Source: Guillardia theta CCMP2712 (Eukaryota > Protista > Cryptophyta). Taken from it: a stretch of DNA of 64,000 nucleotides. Positions 36,352 to 49,100 of the stretch are shown here, in pieces. A program made the translations under genes and the position numbers. The notes beneath the pieces were generated by a model that was not told the DNA's origin, did not search any database, and saw only the letters and a program-made list of their open reading frames with translations. Each line of letters starts with the position of its first letter. Positions within the stretch are counted from its first letter, which is position 1. The DNA lies in NCBI RefSeq assembly GCF_000315625.1, contig NW_005434650.1, positions 504,873-568,872 of the forward strand. The letters are read 5' to 3'.

Positions 36352-36979
36352 ATGGGGTCGAGGACGGGTGGAGTTCTTGCGCAAGTGAGCGACTCTCTCA
36401 AGTCTCTGCAAATAGAAGAGCTCAAAAAGCTGATGGAAGATCAAGACGCGTTCGACGTGTACTTCGAGAAGAACATCCCTATAGTGAAAGAGAAGCAGGA
36501 ATTAATCCGAGCGATCAAGGATTCCAACATAGCGAGCGCGAAGAAGAATGTAGATCTACACACAGCGATCGAGTCCTTGTCTACACAGGTGCAAGAACTC
36601 CGCCAGCTGGTTCAGGAACGACAAGCTGTGCTGCGACCAAGATATGATGAGATCAAGAAGGAGGCTATGGTGCGATCTCGTTGCTCCCGGTGATGTTCCT
36701 GGCTAAGAGCGAGTGAGCAGGAGGACCGTACAGAAGCGGCAAAGAAGCAGCTGGAGAGCGCTGCTGCTGTAACAAATAGCGAGTGCAGGCAGATGGTGGA
36801 GCTCACCGACGCTTCGACGGATTGGAACAAGTTTGCTGTTGATTTCACTTCGAAGAAGAAGGTAAGTAACTGTATCAGTGCTTCTTCTCCTCCTCCCTTG
36901 TCGAACCCTGATCACCTTGCTCCCTCAGATGCACCATCTCCAACAAGCTCTAATGGAGCGTTTAGAGAATAAGGAATGA
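36352..36979 (+). CDS. VPS37: ESCRT-I subunit VPS37 (Mod(r) domain)
   Basis: 'LKSLQIEELKKLMED..SNIASAKKNVDL' coiled coil, then 'LESAAAVTNSEC..FAVDFTSKKK|MHHL'. Two GT-AG introns. Confidence 0.72.
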
Positions 36980-37139
36980 GTTATACTTTACTGTACAAAA
37001 CTTAAGACATCTACCTGTATCAGAAAGACTGAAATGTATCACACAAAAGTACCGGTACTTGGTACATTTGGTTCCTCCACCACGTTTGATGTTTAGATTC
37101 ACCAGACATTCACAATGACAGACCTTTCGGTAGGGGAGT

Positions 37140-37980
37140 TCAAGATTTTCCCTGCATCGATGGCCATCTCAAATGCTCCATCGCTGGGGAATGAAACTTC
37201 CACCACAAGACAACACTGAAGATCGCCAGAGACAATCCAAACCATGCTGATACCGTTGAAGAATAAAACTTGACAAAAGTCGTGATGCCAACGTTGATGA
37301 CAAAGAATGGGATGGAGACCGCGAACAGGTTCAGGACCTGGATGTAGCGTTTCTCATGCCGCACCTGCAGCAAGGATCACATAATTATGCTCAAACGAAA
37401 GGCAGGAGGCTCGAACCTGCCACAGTATCTCCATCCCCTGAGCGTCATCAATGAAGCCGTCAGGGTTGTCCCGAGAGAACGGCGCCCTCCTCCCTTGCGG
37501 CGAGGTAGCTCCTCCGACGGTCTCGTGGGACGAGGCGTCGAGCATGTTCACTGCTATGATCATGGCCGCAAACAGCACGCACAAGTTGGTGCAAGCGACG
37601 AAAAGGCAGAGGAGGCCCCAGACTGCGAGGAGGACAGAGCTGAACTCGTACTCGGTCAGCGAGGGCTGGGGTAGCTCGTAGAACATGATCATCTGGAAGC
37701 CAGCGATGAGGGCGCTGGTCTCGGCGATGACCGTCATCTGCCTCACTCTCTCGTCGGTGTACCTCCTCTTCGAGTCCACCCCATGCCAGAACTTCTCCCA
37801 CCCCCTGCGTCAAGGTTCAGTCCCCTGCCCCCACGGCCCGAGTACGCATCACCAGAAGGAAACCTCCCTCTCCCTCCATCTCCTCGCGTTCCTCCGCTGC
37901 ACCCTCCTGTTCTCATTGATAGCCTCGAGGACCTTGAGGTGGAGCTCGCTCTGATACAGAGAGACCGCTAGGCTGCTCAT
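37140..37980 (-). CDS. Orai-like (CRAC) calcium channel subunit
   Basis: TM1 'RQMTVIAETSALIAGFQMIMFYE' resembles Orai 'SSRTSALLSGFAMVAMVE'. TM3 ends 'TTFVKF'. Four TM segments, N-terminal 'RRWRERE', two introns. Confidence 0.85.
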
Positions 37981-38069
37981 CCTTCATCCCTCCTCCACGC
38001 CCCCGCCCTGCCCTGTCGCCACCCTCGCCATGGGGGCAGTTTTTTACTCAACACGGCGGGGTGCACAAC

Positions 38070-39845
38070 ATGGCAAGGATGACCCTCACGCCGGAGGAGA
38101 TGGCGCGGAGGGCGGCGGAGAGCGCGGGAGGAGGAGGAGGAGGAGGAGGAGGAGGAGGAGGAGACTTCGTGTATCAACTGCTGGGGCTGCCTGCCACTCA
38201 AACAAGGTACGCGCTTCATCCCCGTGCTGTGGTGATGGGGTTCGAAGGACCGCATTGCTCGCCGTCATTCCCAAGGGGTTGGACACAGAGGAGAAGCAGC
38301 TCGCCTACGTCGCAACCGCCATGATCTACACAGGCATCGCTGTCTTCGTCATCATCATGTCAGGGGTGCGGGTGGTCTACGGGAGGTACGCGACAGACTG
38401 CAGCTGGTTGTGGGGGTTCAAGATCAACGCAAGGATCGCATGGTTCCTGCAGGTAGGAAGAGGAGCGATGGCGCCTTGGCGATAAAGCTTCCTGAGCACA
38501 ACTACTGATGATGACGACGATGACGATGACGATGACGATGATGCAGGAAGTACCGTGCGTGATCATTGGCATGTCGAACATCTTGACGGCGAATCACGAC
38601 GTCATGCAGTCCACGGCCAACACGATCCTGTTGGTCTACTCGCTCAGCCTCACTCGACGAGCTCACAAAGAGCTTGACAGGCTGGCGTTGTTCATGGCGC
38701 ACTACGTGAACCGGGCGCTGCTTTACCCATGGCGGACGAGGGGATCGAAGCCGACGCCGCTATCGGTACCGCCTGCCCCTCCATGCTCCCTCCCCTCTCC
38801 CCTCCCCGCAGCTGACTGGGAGGATCGCAGGTGATGCTGATGGCCTGGCTGTTCTGCGTCGTCAACGGCTACATGCAAGTAACGAGCTGCAACGCGCATT
38901 CTCGCGCGTGACTGTTGTTGCGCAGACTCGCATGCTGACGCACGTGAAGAAGTACGAGGAGAGCTGGTTCATCGATCCTCGCTTCGGTAGCTGGTGATCA
39001 GCAGACCTCGTTGACTTCTCACTGCTCCGCTAGGGATCGGAGTTACCATCTTCTTCTGCGGGATGCTCATCAACTTCCAGGTCCTCCTCCTCCTCCTCCT
39101 CCTCCTCCTCCTCCTCCTCCTCCTCCTCCTCCTCCTCCTCTCATGAACTACCATCACCATGAACGCCAGCACACTTTTCTCCTCATCCGATTCTCAATTG
39201 AGAGGTGCAAGTCACTAACTCTATGCCAGTCCGACGACATTCTCAGGAGGCTGAGGAAACCAGGGGAAGTCGGATACAAGATTCCAAGGGGGGGGATGTT
39301 TCGATTCGTGAGCACGCCCAAGGGGGGGGAGGAGGAGGGAGGAAGGAGGAGGGAGGGGGGAGGAGGAGGAGGGAGGGAGGAGGAGGGGAGGGAGGAGGGA
39401 GGAAGGAGAGAGGAAAAGATGGCGGGAGGAAGGGAAGAGGAGCGGAGAGGGGAGAGGAAGGGGAGAGCAGCGGAGGAGGACATTTGAAGGGGGAAGGGGG
39501 AGAGGAGGAAGAGGAGGAAGAAGAGGAGGCCTGGTGGAATCACACAAGGCGCAGGTGTCAGGGGCAAACTTTCTTGGAGAGATCATTGAGTACGGATCGA
39601 TTGCTTGTACCGCAACATGCTGAGCAGGAGACAGGTGGACGGGCTTCGCTGTTGCTTCCTGGACTCTCCAGTCTGCCGCGTTCGCCGTCTTCACCTTCTG
39701 TAGCGAGACCTTGTGAGATGCTCGGCGCTGACGCGCTAGGACAGGTAACATCGCGCCGAGAGCATATCACCATCACCTGTGGTACTTGTCGAAGTTCCCG
39801 GACTACCCCAAGAGGAGGAAGGCTGTCATTCCATTCATACTCTGA
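38070..39845 (+). CDS. Steroid 5-alpha-reductase (SRD5A1/DET2 family)
   Basis: 'YGRY', 'ARIAWFLQE', 'HYVNRA', 'NGYMQ', 'SDDILRRLRKPGEVGYKIPRGGMF', 'NFLGEIIEW', 'APRAYHHHLWY..YPKRRKAVIPFIL*', assembled across GT-AG introns. Confidence 0.95.
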
Positions 39846-39873
39846 TCGGGGAGGGAGGAGGGGAGAGATATGT

Positions 39874-40130
39874 ATGTTGTGAATGAAGCATCTACGTGTT
39901 GTCTGAGATAAAGTGTACTTGATGTGAATGAAGCATCTACGTGTTGTCTGAGATGAAGTGTACTTGATGTGAATGAAGCATCTACGTGTTGTCTGAGATA
40001 AAGTGTACTTGTTGTGAATGAAGCATCTACGTGTTGTCTGAGATGAAGTGTACTTGTTGTGAATGAAGCATCTACGTGTTGTCTGAGATGAAGTGTACTT
40101 GTTGTGAATGAAACGTCTGGTTGTTGTCTG
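39874..40130 (+). repeat. 45-bp minisatellite, about 5.5 copies
   Basis: TGTGAATGAAGCATCTACGTGTTGTCTGAGATRAAGTGTACTTGW head-to-tail with no spacers, just downstream of the reductase stop codon. Confidence 0.95.
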
Positions 40131-40536
40131 CTTCACCAACATTTACTTGTCGACTTGTCGCCATGACGGGTGATCCCTCAAGAGCATCGGAGCGTAGAGC
40201 AGAGAGCATGCGCGCGGGCTCACGGAGGAGGAGCAGGCCCGCATGCTCGCGCGAGGGGGGGGGGGAGGGGGGGGAGGAGGGGAGTGGGGGGGATCAATTG
40301 AGGGGACGCATTCTTGGCCAGTGGGGTAGTGAAAAGGAGGGGGGGGGACAAGCGGGGAACGAGGGCAGAGCGAGTGAGGAAGAAGAGAGGGAGGGAGAGA
40401 GGGAGGGAGAGAGGCAGGATACAGGAGGAGAGAGAGAAACGGAGCGTAGAGGGGGAGCATGAGGAGGAGTGAAGGTAGCGGAGCATGGGGGGAAAGACTG
40501 GTAACAAGGGAAGGGCGAAAGGGATCGTCCAAGAGC

Positions 40537-40912
40537 ATGAGGACAGCTTTCTTCGTCCTCTGTCTCTGTCTCCTGCTCGCGCACGTCGAGGCTTCCATGC
40601 CGCCCAGCTGCAAGCCGGTCAACGCTAGGAACGACAATGCCGACTTGAACACTTTCAGCACCATTGCGAAAGAGATGGGGCTGCCGCTGGGGCTGAGCTC
40701 CTCCTCTGCGGAGGAGCAAGAGAATGACGACGACGAGCCGTCGGAGCAGCTGCTGCTCTGGAACGCGTCGACGGCTGGCAAGATCTACGACATCGAGCTC
40801 GCGCTCAGGCGATCCGCATCGCTGGAGAAGTTCAACAAGGACGGCATTACCTCCCTGCACATGGCGATCAGTGAGAGGGGGGGGCAGAGAGAGAGAGGAG
40901 AGGGGGAGAGAA

Positions 40913-40944
<32 letters not shown>

Positions 40945-42487
40945 CAGGAGGAGGATGAGGATGGGGAGGAGAGGGGAAAGGTTGAGAGGGAGAAGGAGGG
41001 ATGCTGGCTGACTGCACGCGCAGAGGAGCATCGACTGGGAGCAGCTGCGTTGCTAGTGGCCAAGGGATGCGACGTGAACGTGCGGGACTACCGGGGGAGG
41101 ACGCCGCTCCATTACGTGCTTGCTGAGAGTCTTCGGGTGCTGGGCTGAAGCGACTTGACAGGCGTCCCATGACTTACCCAGCACTCTCTTGCTCCTCGAC
41201 CTCGGGGCCCTACCCAACCATGCCGACGACAAAGGGATCCTCCCGCTGCACGAGGTCGGCTGGCTCGCCTCCTCCATGGTGGAGTCGCTGACCTGGAGGT
41301 GGATAGGCTGTGATGAACGGGAACAAGGGAGTGCTGTCGTGCTTGTTGAACGCGGGGAGCGACCCGTTCGCTGTGACGTTCGAGAGAATCTCAGTCATGG
41401 TGAGTTGTACACCCAAAGATGCTCGCTCGCTCGGAAACCCCTTGCTGAAACGTGCTGTCTGGCAGGACATGGTGAACAAGCACATCGAAAACGCGAGGAA
41501 GCGGGAGGAGTTTGTGGAACTGATCAGCTTCTACCAGTCGAGGTCGAAGAGGCCGGAGAGGAGGAAGGAGGAGGAGGACTACGGTAAGACCATCAGCCTG
41601 AACAACGTGCTGGAGGCTGTGGAGGACCTGAAGAAGCACGGGAACAACATCGGGGACAAGGAGGTGGACATGCTGGTAGCGAAGATCACAGGCGCGAGCA
41701 AGCAGAGAGAGGAGGAGTTGAGCGAAATTCGAGATCAGTTCCCTCCCCCACTGCGGGAGGAGAGGGCGGTACTGCAGCAGGGAGGAGCCGACCGTGGGGA
41801 CTTGTCACAACTCGATTCCGCTGAGCTGAAGGCTGCGATGGAGGAGGATCGACGTTTCGCAAACCAGCATCAGAGTTTCTTCCAGGAGTTCAAAGCAGCG
41901 CGGGAGGTGAAACACCTTGACCCTGCTCGCTCCCCTGACAAGATCGTTGAGATGTTCCCGGTGAAACCCGTCGAGGCCCACGAGGGGCTGAGCATGGACG
42001 AGTTCTTTGATGGGGTACAACTCCTGCTCCCTCCGCGCGCTCTCTCCACCTCCGCCTCTCCCTCGCCTCCTCCTTTCCCTTCCTCCTTCCCTTCCCTCTC
42101 CCTGTCCTTCTTCCCTTTCCCCCTCCCTTCCTCCTTCTCCTTCATCGTTTTGCCGGCCCTCTCCTCCTTCATCTTTCCTCCCTCCTACACTCTCCTCTCC
42201 TTCTCTCTCCTCCTCCTCTCTTCTCCTTTACTCTCCTCTACTCTCCTACCCTCTCCTCTTGGTCTCTCTCCTCCTCCTCTACTCTCCGTTACTCTCCTCT
42301 CCTCTCCTCTTCCCAAAATTGAGGACAATTCTTAGGAGATGCAGCCGGTGGCGGAAGAAGCAGCCTCGTTCCAGCGGTGAAACTTGAACTTCGATGATAA
42401 TGTGCGAGGGAATGAGAAAATTGACAGAACTGTCAAGGAGTGGGACGACAACATGCAGAACATTTCCCAGGTAACTTTCAAGACGAT

Positions 42488-42522
<35 letters not shown>

Positions 42523-43462
42523 TGTTATCTCCATCATCATCATCATCACCACCACAGTCATCAAGGCTCCCCCATTTCTCTCTCCTATCTGGCCTTTCCT
42601 CCACCTTTCCTCCTCTATTCATCCCCCCACCTGCCTCCTCCCCCTCCCCCTCCACCTGCCTCCTCCTCCCCCTCTCCCTCCACCTGCCTCCTCCTCTTCC
42701 CCCCCCCCCCTCCACCTCCACCTGCCTCGTCTTCCTCCTCCTCTACTCCGTATGGCCATCATCATCACAATTTATTGCAGTACATCCGTAAGAACTTCGG
42801 GGTTGACTTGGAAGGAGCAATCAAGGACAAGGAGGACAACAGCATCAATCCTGCTCTCGGTTTCTACGAGGTTTGAACCCTCCCTTGTCTTTTCCTCCTT
42901 GCTTCCTGGCGATGGCTCTCCTCCTCCTCCTCTTCCTCCTCCTCCTCCTTATCTCTCGCCTCCCTCCTAATCCTCTGCCCTCCTTGCTGCTCCTCCTCCT
43001 CCTCCTCCTCTTCCTCCTCCTCCTCCTTATCTCTCGCCTCCCTCCTACTCCTCTGCTCTCCTTGCTGCTCCTCCTCCTCCTCTCTTCTTCCTCATTCCCT
43101 TACAGGAAGATGGGAAGTGGTTCGGATGGGACCGACAGGGAAAGGTGAAATCAAATCTTTCTTGTTCTTCGCTCTCTTCTCCTCCCAGACTCCCCAGCCC
43201 CCCTACCCAGCCCCCCTCCTCTCCTTTTTTCCTCCTTCCTCCCCGCCCGCCCCCCCATCCCCCGCCCCCGCCTCTTCCTCCTCCTCCTGATCCTCAGCAA
43301 CGCACGCACATCTGCACGAGTTTCTGCCTCATTCCTCTACCTCCTCACAGTCTCTTTCCAGATACATCCTGCCGACAATCACCCCGGGCTTGCGTTGTTT
43401 CTCCAGGAGCAGGCAGAGGCTGAGAAAGGAGCAGAGCCAGGAAAGGGGGGACAGCAGCTGTG

Positions 43463-43493
<31 letters not shown>

Positions 43494-43607
43494 AAGGAGG
43501 ACGAGGATGCAGCAAGAAAGAAGGCGGAGGATGAGGAGGAGGAGGAGGATAATCGGTGGCAGGTGGATGAGTGGGAGCAAGCAGCAAAAAACTTGTGGAA
43601 GGAGTAG
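40537..43607 (+). CDS. Signal-peptide-bearing ankyrin-repeat protein with acidic C-terminus (multi-exon)
   Basis: Signal MRTAFFVLCLCLLLAHVEA. Ankyrin units 'DGITSLHMA', 'DVNVRDYRGRTPLHY', 'DDKGILPLHE'. Acidic last exon ends 'AAKNLWKE*'. Confidence 0.75.
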
Positions 43608-43742
43608 AATTCCAGGAAAGGAGGAGGGAGGGAGGAGGGAGGGCGAGGAGAACGAAGCGGAGGGCGAGGAGGAGGGCGAGGAGGAGGGCGAGGAGGAGGA
43701 CGAGGGTATCTCAGTGAAACGTTTTCTTCGTTCTCTACCTCC

Positions 43743-44876
43743 TCATACGCTGATCCCTCCCCCCTCTTCCTCCCTCCCGTTGCCCTCTTGGTCGTCAGGA
43801 TGCCGGCGGGAGAGCAGGAGCGACGGTTTCTGCTCGCGCAAGTTGAGGTTGGTGAACCGGTCCAGGGCAGCGCGTATGGACTCGGCGGGAGGAAAAACCT
43901 GCGGGAGGGAGGAGGAAAAGTCTTGCGGGAAAGGGAGGGAGAAATTTGCTGGCTGCTGCTTCCTGCCTCCGAGATTGGATGCCAGGACCTGCCTTGTAGT
44001 AAGAGGAGAAAGAAATCTCCCGCCCTAGGAGAAACGCAGGAGGAGGTGGAGCAGAGGGCGAGGAAAGGAGCAGGAAAGGGAGGGGAGGACGAGGAGAGGA
44101 GAGGAGAGGAGGAGAGGAAACGAGACGGAGGGCAAAAGAAGACAGTAGAGGCGCAGGAGGTAAGATCGGGGATGGTGGATGAGGACGGAGGTACATCGGA
44201 GGCAGGAGGAGGAAGGGGGGGAAGGGGAGGGATGAACAAGAGGAGCAAAGCTCACCGGCTCGCTCGGCAGGACCTCGGTCCCATCCTCCCCCTCCCTCCC
44301 CTCCTCCCCCTCCCTTGACTTCACGCTCTCCAGCCACTCTTTGTGGAAGGGCAGGAAGAAGGGCCCGCCCTGCGAGCTCCGCAGGAACCGAACGGAGACG
44401 ACGGAGCTCGAGTCCTCCTCTGTCTCTCTCCCTGCTCCCTCCCAGCGCTCTTCCAGCTCTGCATCCACGTGCTGCCCCGGCAGCTGCTTCGCCGCCCCCT
44501 CCTCCTCCTCCTCCTCCTCGGGCAGCAGCGACGCGTCCTCCAGGACCGTAACAAGGGACATAAGTCGCTCCTTCTTCTTGGGGATCGCGATCGCAATCTC
44601 GTCCTGCTCCGTCAGCCGCCACCTCCTCCCCTCCAGCAGGTGTTTCCTCCAGTAGTCTGCATCGGCTCCATGGAGAAGGCCCGTCTTGCCCGAGGAGCAG
44701 CTGCCCTTGCAGAGGAGGACCCAGGCAGGGTCGAGCCTGGAGGAGAAGCGATGAGAGGAGAGGGAAAGAAGGAGGGGAGGGGTGGAACAAGATGTAGGTT
44801 AAAAGGTACAGAAGATTGCAAATTGACATGATAGTTGCTTCAAAGAATACAATCATCAAACTCTGGTATCGTCGTT

Positions 44877-44937
<61 letters not shown>

Positions 44938-45066
44938 GCATAATCATAAACATCATCATAATCTTTCACTCACTTTGGATCGCTTCCATTATGTACAAAT
45001 ATCCTTCGCTTGAGAATGTTGTGGATATCTTCCCACGAATGAACCTGCGTCATCATGAAAAAGCAT
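43743..45066 (-). CDS. Probable 3' exons of the channel gene beyond the assembly gap, or a separate hypothetical gene
   Basis: Exon-like frame 'LDPAWVLLCK..WRLTEQDEIAIAIP..LPSEP|VLASN..GGISV*' joined by a GT-AG intron. Linkage across the N gap is unverified. Confidence 0.4.
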
Positions 45067-45119
45067 CCAAAGGAAGAATCGAATTCCTCTTCCTTTCTCC
45101 TCCTCCTCCTCCTCCTCCT

Positions 45120-45219
45120 NNNNNNNNNNNNNNNNNNNNNNNNNNNNNNNNNNNNNNNNNNNNNNNNNNNNNNNNNNNNNNNNNNNNNNNNNNNNNNNNN
45201 NNNNNNNNNNNNNNNNNNN
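45120..45219. other. Assembly gap (100 N)
   Basis: N run following (CCT)n. Confidence 1.
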
Positions 45220-45339
45220 CAGGGGATCTCTGCGTCTTAAATACCCTCTTTGTGCCTCTCCTCTTGCTTTCGCCATCTCTCATCCTCCTTGCTGCCATCT
45301 CCTCCCTCCTCCTCCTCCTTCCCCTCCTCCCACCTTGTC

Positions 45340-46023
45340 TTTCAAGTTCTTCACGCTCCGCATCTTGCTCTCAATCTTCGCCAACTTCGCAGCCATGGCA
45401 GCGTCCAAGGACGACAGGTCCCTCTCTACCATCAGCGCCATCGTACTCTCCTCAGCGGCCAGCAGCAGGCTGCTCTTGATTCTCTCCATGGCGCCGATCA
45501 TCCTCCTCTCATGGTTTGCAGTCATCTCCGACAGCACGAGATTCATCTTCTCCTGCACCTCCTTCGCCTTCAGCTCAAGGTCGATGGGCAGGACTGACGG
45601 GAACTTCTCCAGCGCGATCAGCGTCATCAGAACCTCCTCGTACGTGAGCTCCATTCTCCTCCTCCTTCCCGCCCTCTGATACTTTTCATCTTCCTCCACC
45701 GACATCTTGCTGCTCTGCTCGTCCTGCAGACTTGTCTTGCTGTCCTCCTCCTGTCCTCCCTCGTCGCGCCTCGTCGCCTTCGCCTTCGTCTCCTCCTCCC
45801 GCATCTGCGACCCTTCCACCATGTTGCTCCAGAAGTCGTCGAACGTAGACCAGTCGCTCTTGAAAGATCGCGACAAGACAGAACCACGATACCGCAAACC
45901 TGTTTGATGAAGCGTCAGAAATCATTCCAATCCCTTCCATCAGCATCGTTACCACCACCATTGTCATCCACATAATCACCGACATCACAGTCGTCGTCAT
46001 CGTCATCGTCATCGTCATCATCG

Positions 46024-46107
<84 letters not shown>

Positions 46108-49100
46108 CCTTCGCAAAGTCTCTTAAGCTTCCATACTGGCAAACTTCCCTGCATCACATATGAGCAAATGTGGATCTGGAACATCAAGATGTGGAACAAG
46201 GAGGAGAACAGGAAGAGGGAGAGAAGAGAAGGAGGAGGAAGAGGAGGCAGCAACATCAGCTTACTCACCTTACGATGCGGGTCCAGCACCAGCCACTCCT
46301 CCTCGAACATGCTCATCTGCTTCCCGTCCACCAGACATCGCTGGTCGTCCATCCTCTCCATCAGTGCAGAGATCACGCTCGCCACAAAGAGCGGCATGAT
46401 GCACACCCGGCAAACTCCGATCAGCAGCAGCAGGTAGATCCAGGCCTGCAGAGTACCGCAGTCTCCCTTGCTAGATACCAGCTGGCCCGTGGTGGCGATC
46501 TCGAGCTTGTTGCCGTGGACCCCTGCGTTGAGGAGGAGCGTGCCCTGGACGGAGGGGTCGGGGGTACAGCTGGGAGGGATGACGGTGAGGGCGAAGAGGA
46601 CGGGGAGGTAGGGGGCGCCGAGGGCGAGCTGGAAGTTTGTGCGGAAGGAGCTGGGAAAGTCGATATAATTGGAGGAGGGAGTGATGCCAGACAAGTTGGC
46701 CTTGACGTCAGAGAAGATCTGCATGCCGATGATGGAGAAGACGGCGATGAAGACGAGGAGGAATACGAGGCAGCCGAAGCTTACCTGCAAGGGACGATGA
46801 GGCAGGGAAGCAGGGGGCGAGCAGGAAGGGAGTTGGTGGGATCAACGATGAGAGTAGGTGAGAAACAAGTCAAAGAGTCAAAGATTGGGAAGGGACAGGA
46901 AAGAAGGGAGGGAGAGGAGAGCAAGACATGGAGAGAGGAAGAAGCGAGAGTTCGTGACGTGGACGGTGCCCTGACCTGCAAGCAGTGCTTGAAGCTGGCG
47001 AGGACGTCGTGGAGCTCGGAGAGGGAAGGGATGAAGGAGCGGAGCCGGACGACAGCAAGGATGAGCGAGTGGGAGCGGAGGACCAAGATCACGCTCCCCC
47101 TCCCGTTCATGGCGCACTCGACGCAGCTGATGATGGTGACGACGAAGTCGAAGGAGGTGGTGGCGCGGTTGAAGAGGTCGAGCGAGGAGGCGCCGAGCTG
47201 GATGAGCTGCTCCATGGCGAGGAGGATCACAAAGACGTTGCAGGCCGTGGCCAGGCCCCTGCCGTCCCAGCTGTTGAGGGCGAGGAGGACGACGTTGAGA
47301 AGGAGCAGGAGGTCGACAGCGGCTCGGAACTCCCGGGAGGAGGCGAGAGACTGGAGCATCCTAGATCCTCTCTTCGACTTCCTCTTGCTCTGCGAGATGA
47401 AGATCCTCGCTGATCTCCTCACCAGTCTGATGGTTGTCCTCCAGCTGCGCTGGTCGGAGGTCAGGAACGCGAGCCCGTCGATCTGGCGGAGGGTGCGGAT
47501 GAGGATGGCGATGAGGAGGTTGTAGACGAGGATGTGCATGAAGAGGACGACGACGATGACGGGGAGCCCGGCAGATACGTTCTTGGGGCCATCCTGGATG
47601 AAGTCGCCTAACAAAGAGGAGGAGAGGGGAGGAGAGGGGAGAGAGAAGGAGGAGGGAAGAGAGGATAGTAAGCGAGGGAGAGGGGGAGAGAGGGAGAGAG
47701 GGGAAAAGTTTAGGATGAAGAAAGAACAGAAACAAGAGGGGACTCAAACAACCCTATCTAAACACTCCCTCTCTCCCTCCCTCTCTCCCTCCCTCCCTTC
47801 CTCCCTCCCTCCCTCCCTCCCTCCCTCCCTCCCTCCCTCTGACTTACCCTTGACCAACATGAGGTCTTCCACAAGCTGCAACCAGCCTTCTCCGAAGGGG
47901 CAGGATATGACGCCGATGGTGCGGGCGAGGTTCACAAAGTCATCGAAGTTCATGTCGGCGGAGTAGAACATTCGAGGTTTCAGGATCAGACTCCTGCCTT
48001 CCTCCTCTACAAATGCCTGCATCTTGCTCCAGCGCAGAGGCCCGCTCCTGTAGTTGATGGCTTCGCCCTGGAAGGTACCGAGGCACGCGTCCTCCGGTCT
48101 CCCTTGGTCGTTGCAGAGGACGAGCTTGCCGCAGTAGAGGTCAGAGCAGATGGCGCAGCAGGTGAAGGAGAGGAGGATCGCGGCGAAGAAGGTCTGCAGC
48201 ATGATACTCTTGGCCCTCCACAAGGAGTCGAGGAAGACTCGGATAGCATGGAAGCGCTTCAGGCCTGCGATGGGTCGAATGACGCGGAGGATGGGAATGC
48301 TGCGGAGGAAGGTCAGGTCAGGGCTCCTCGCGCTCTCCTTGGAGGAGGCGAAGCGGATGATGAGGTCGACGAGGATGGCGAGGAGAGAAAGCAACTCGAT
48401 AATGCCCCACATGGAGCGAAGAATGGCTTCCTTGGAGCCTGAGACGACGCCGAAGGTGACGGCCTTGGCGCAGGTCTCGAGGAGGAGGAGGGAGGTGAAG
48501 AGGCAGTCGACCAGGATGGTCTCGGCTGGGGTGAGGAGGAGGAGAGCCTCGCTGGTCTCGGTGTCAAAGATGGTGATAAGGACCCAGAGGAGGAAGCAGA
48601 TGCTGATAACGGTCTCATACACCTCGCTCTTGAAGAGCCTGAGGACGCTCAGGGTCAACAGGATGAAGAGGAGGGGAGGAGAGGAGGAGAGGAGGAGAGG
48701 AGGAGAGGAGGAGAAACGAGGAGTTTGGACGAGTACGAGGCAGGAGCGAAGATAGTTGAAAAGCGAAGGAATGGTGGAGGGAGGGGAGGGAAGGGAGGAG
48801 AGGAGAGGAGAGGTAGAGCGGAGGAAAGGTAGAGAGGAGGAGGACAGGAGGACAGGAGGAGAGGAGGATGACGGAGCAAGAAGTCTTCGACTCGTTCCGA
48901 TCGTCCTCCCCCATTGGCAGACAGCGAGATGGGACAGGAGAAGACTGGATTGAGGAATCAACGAACCTTCGGAGGGGCTTCTGCTGCCATCGAACCTCGT
49001 CCTCGTGATGTTCCTCCGTTAGCAGGTCAGTTTGCAAGCTCAGGGCAAGGTCCGTCAGAGCTCGTGCCATCAACGATCCTCCTGTGCGCAGCGAGTCCAG

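Noticed and set aside
39874-40130. CRISPR-like array
   Set aside because: Units are contiguous with no unique spacers, there are no cas genes, and the context is eukaryotic.
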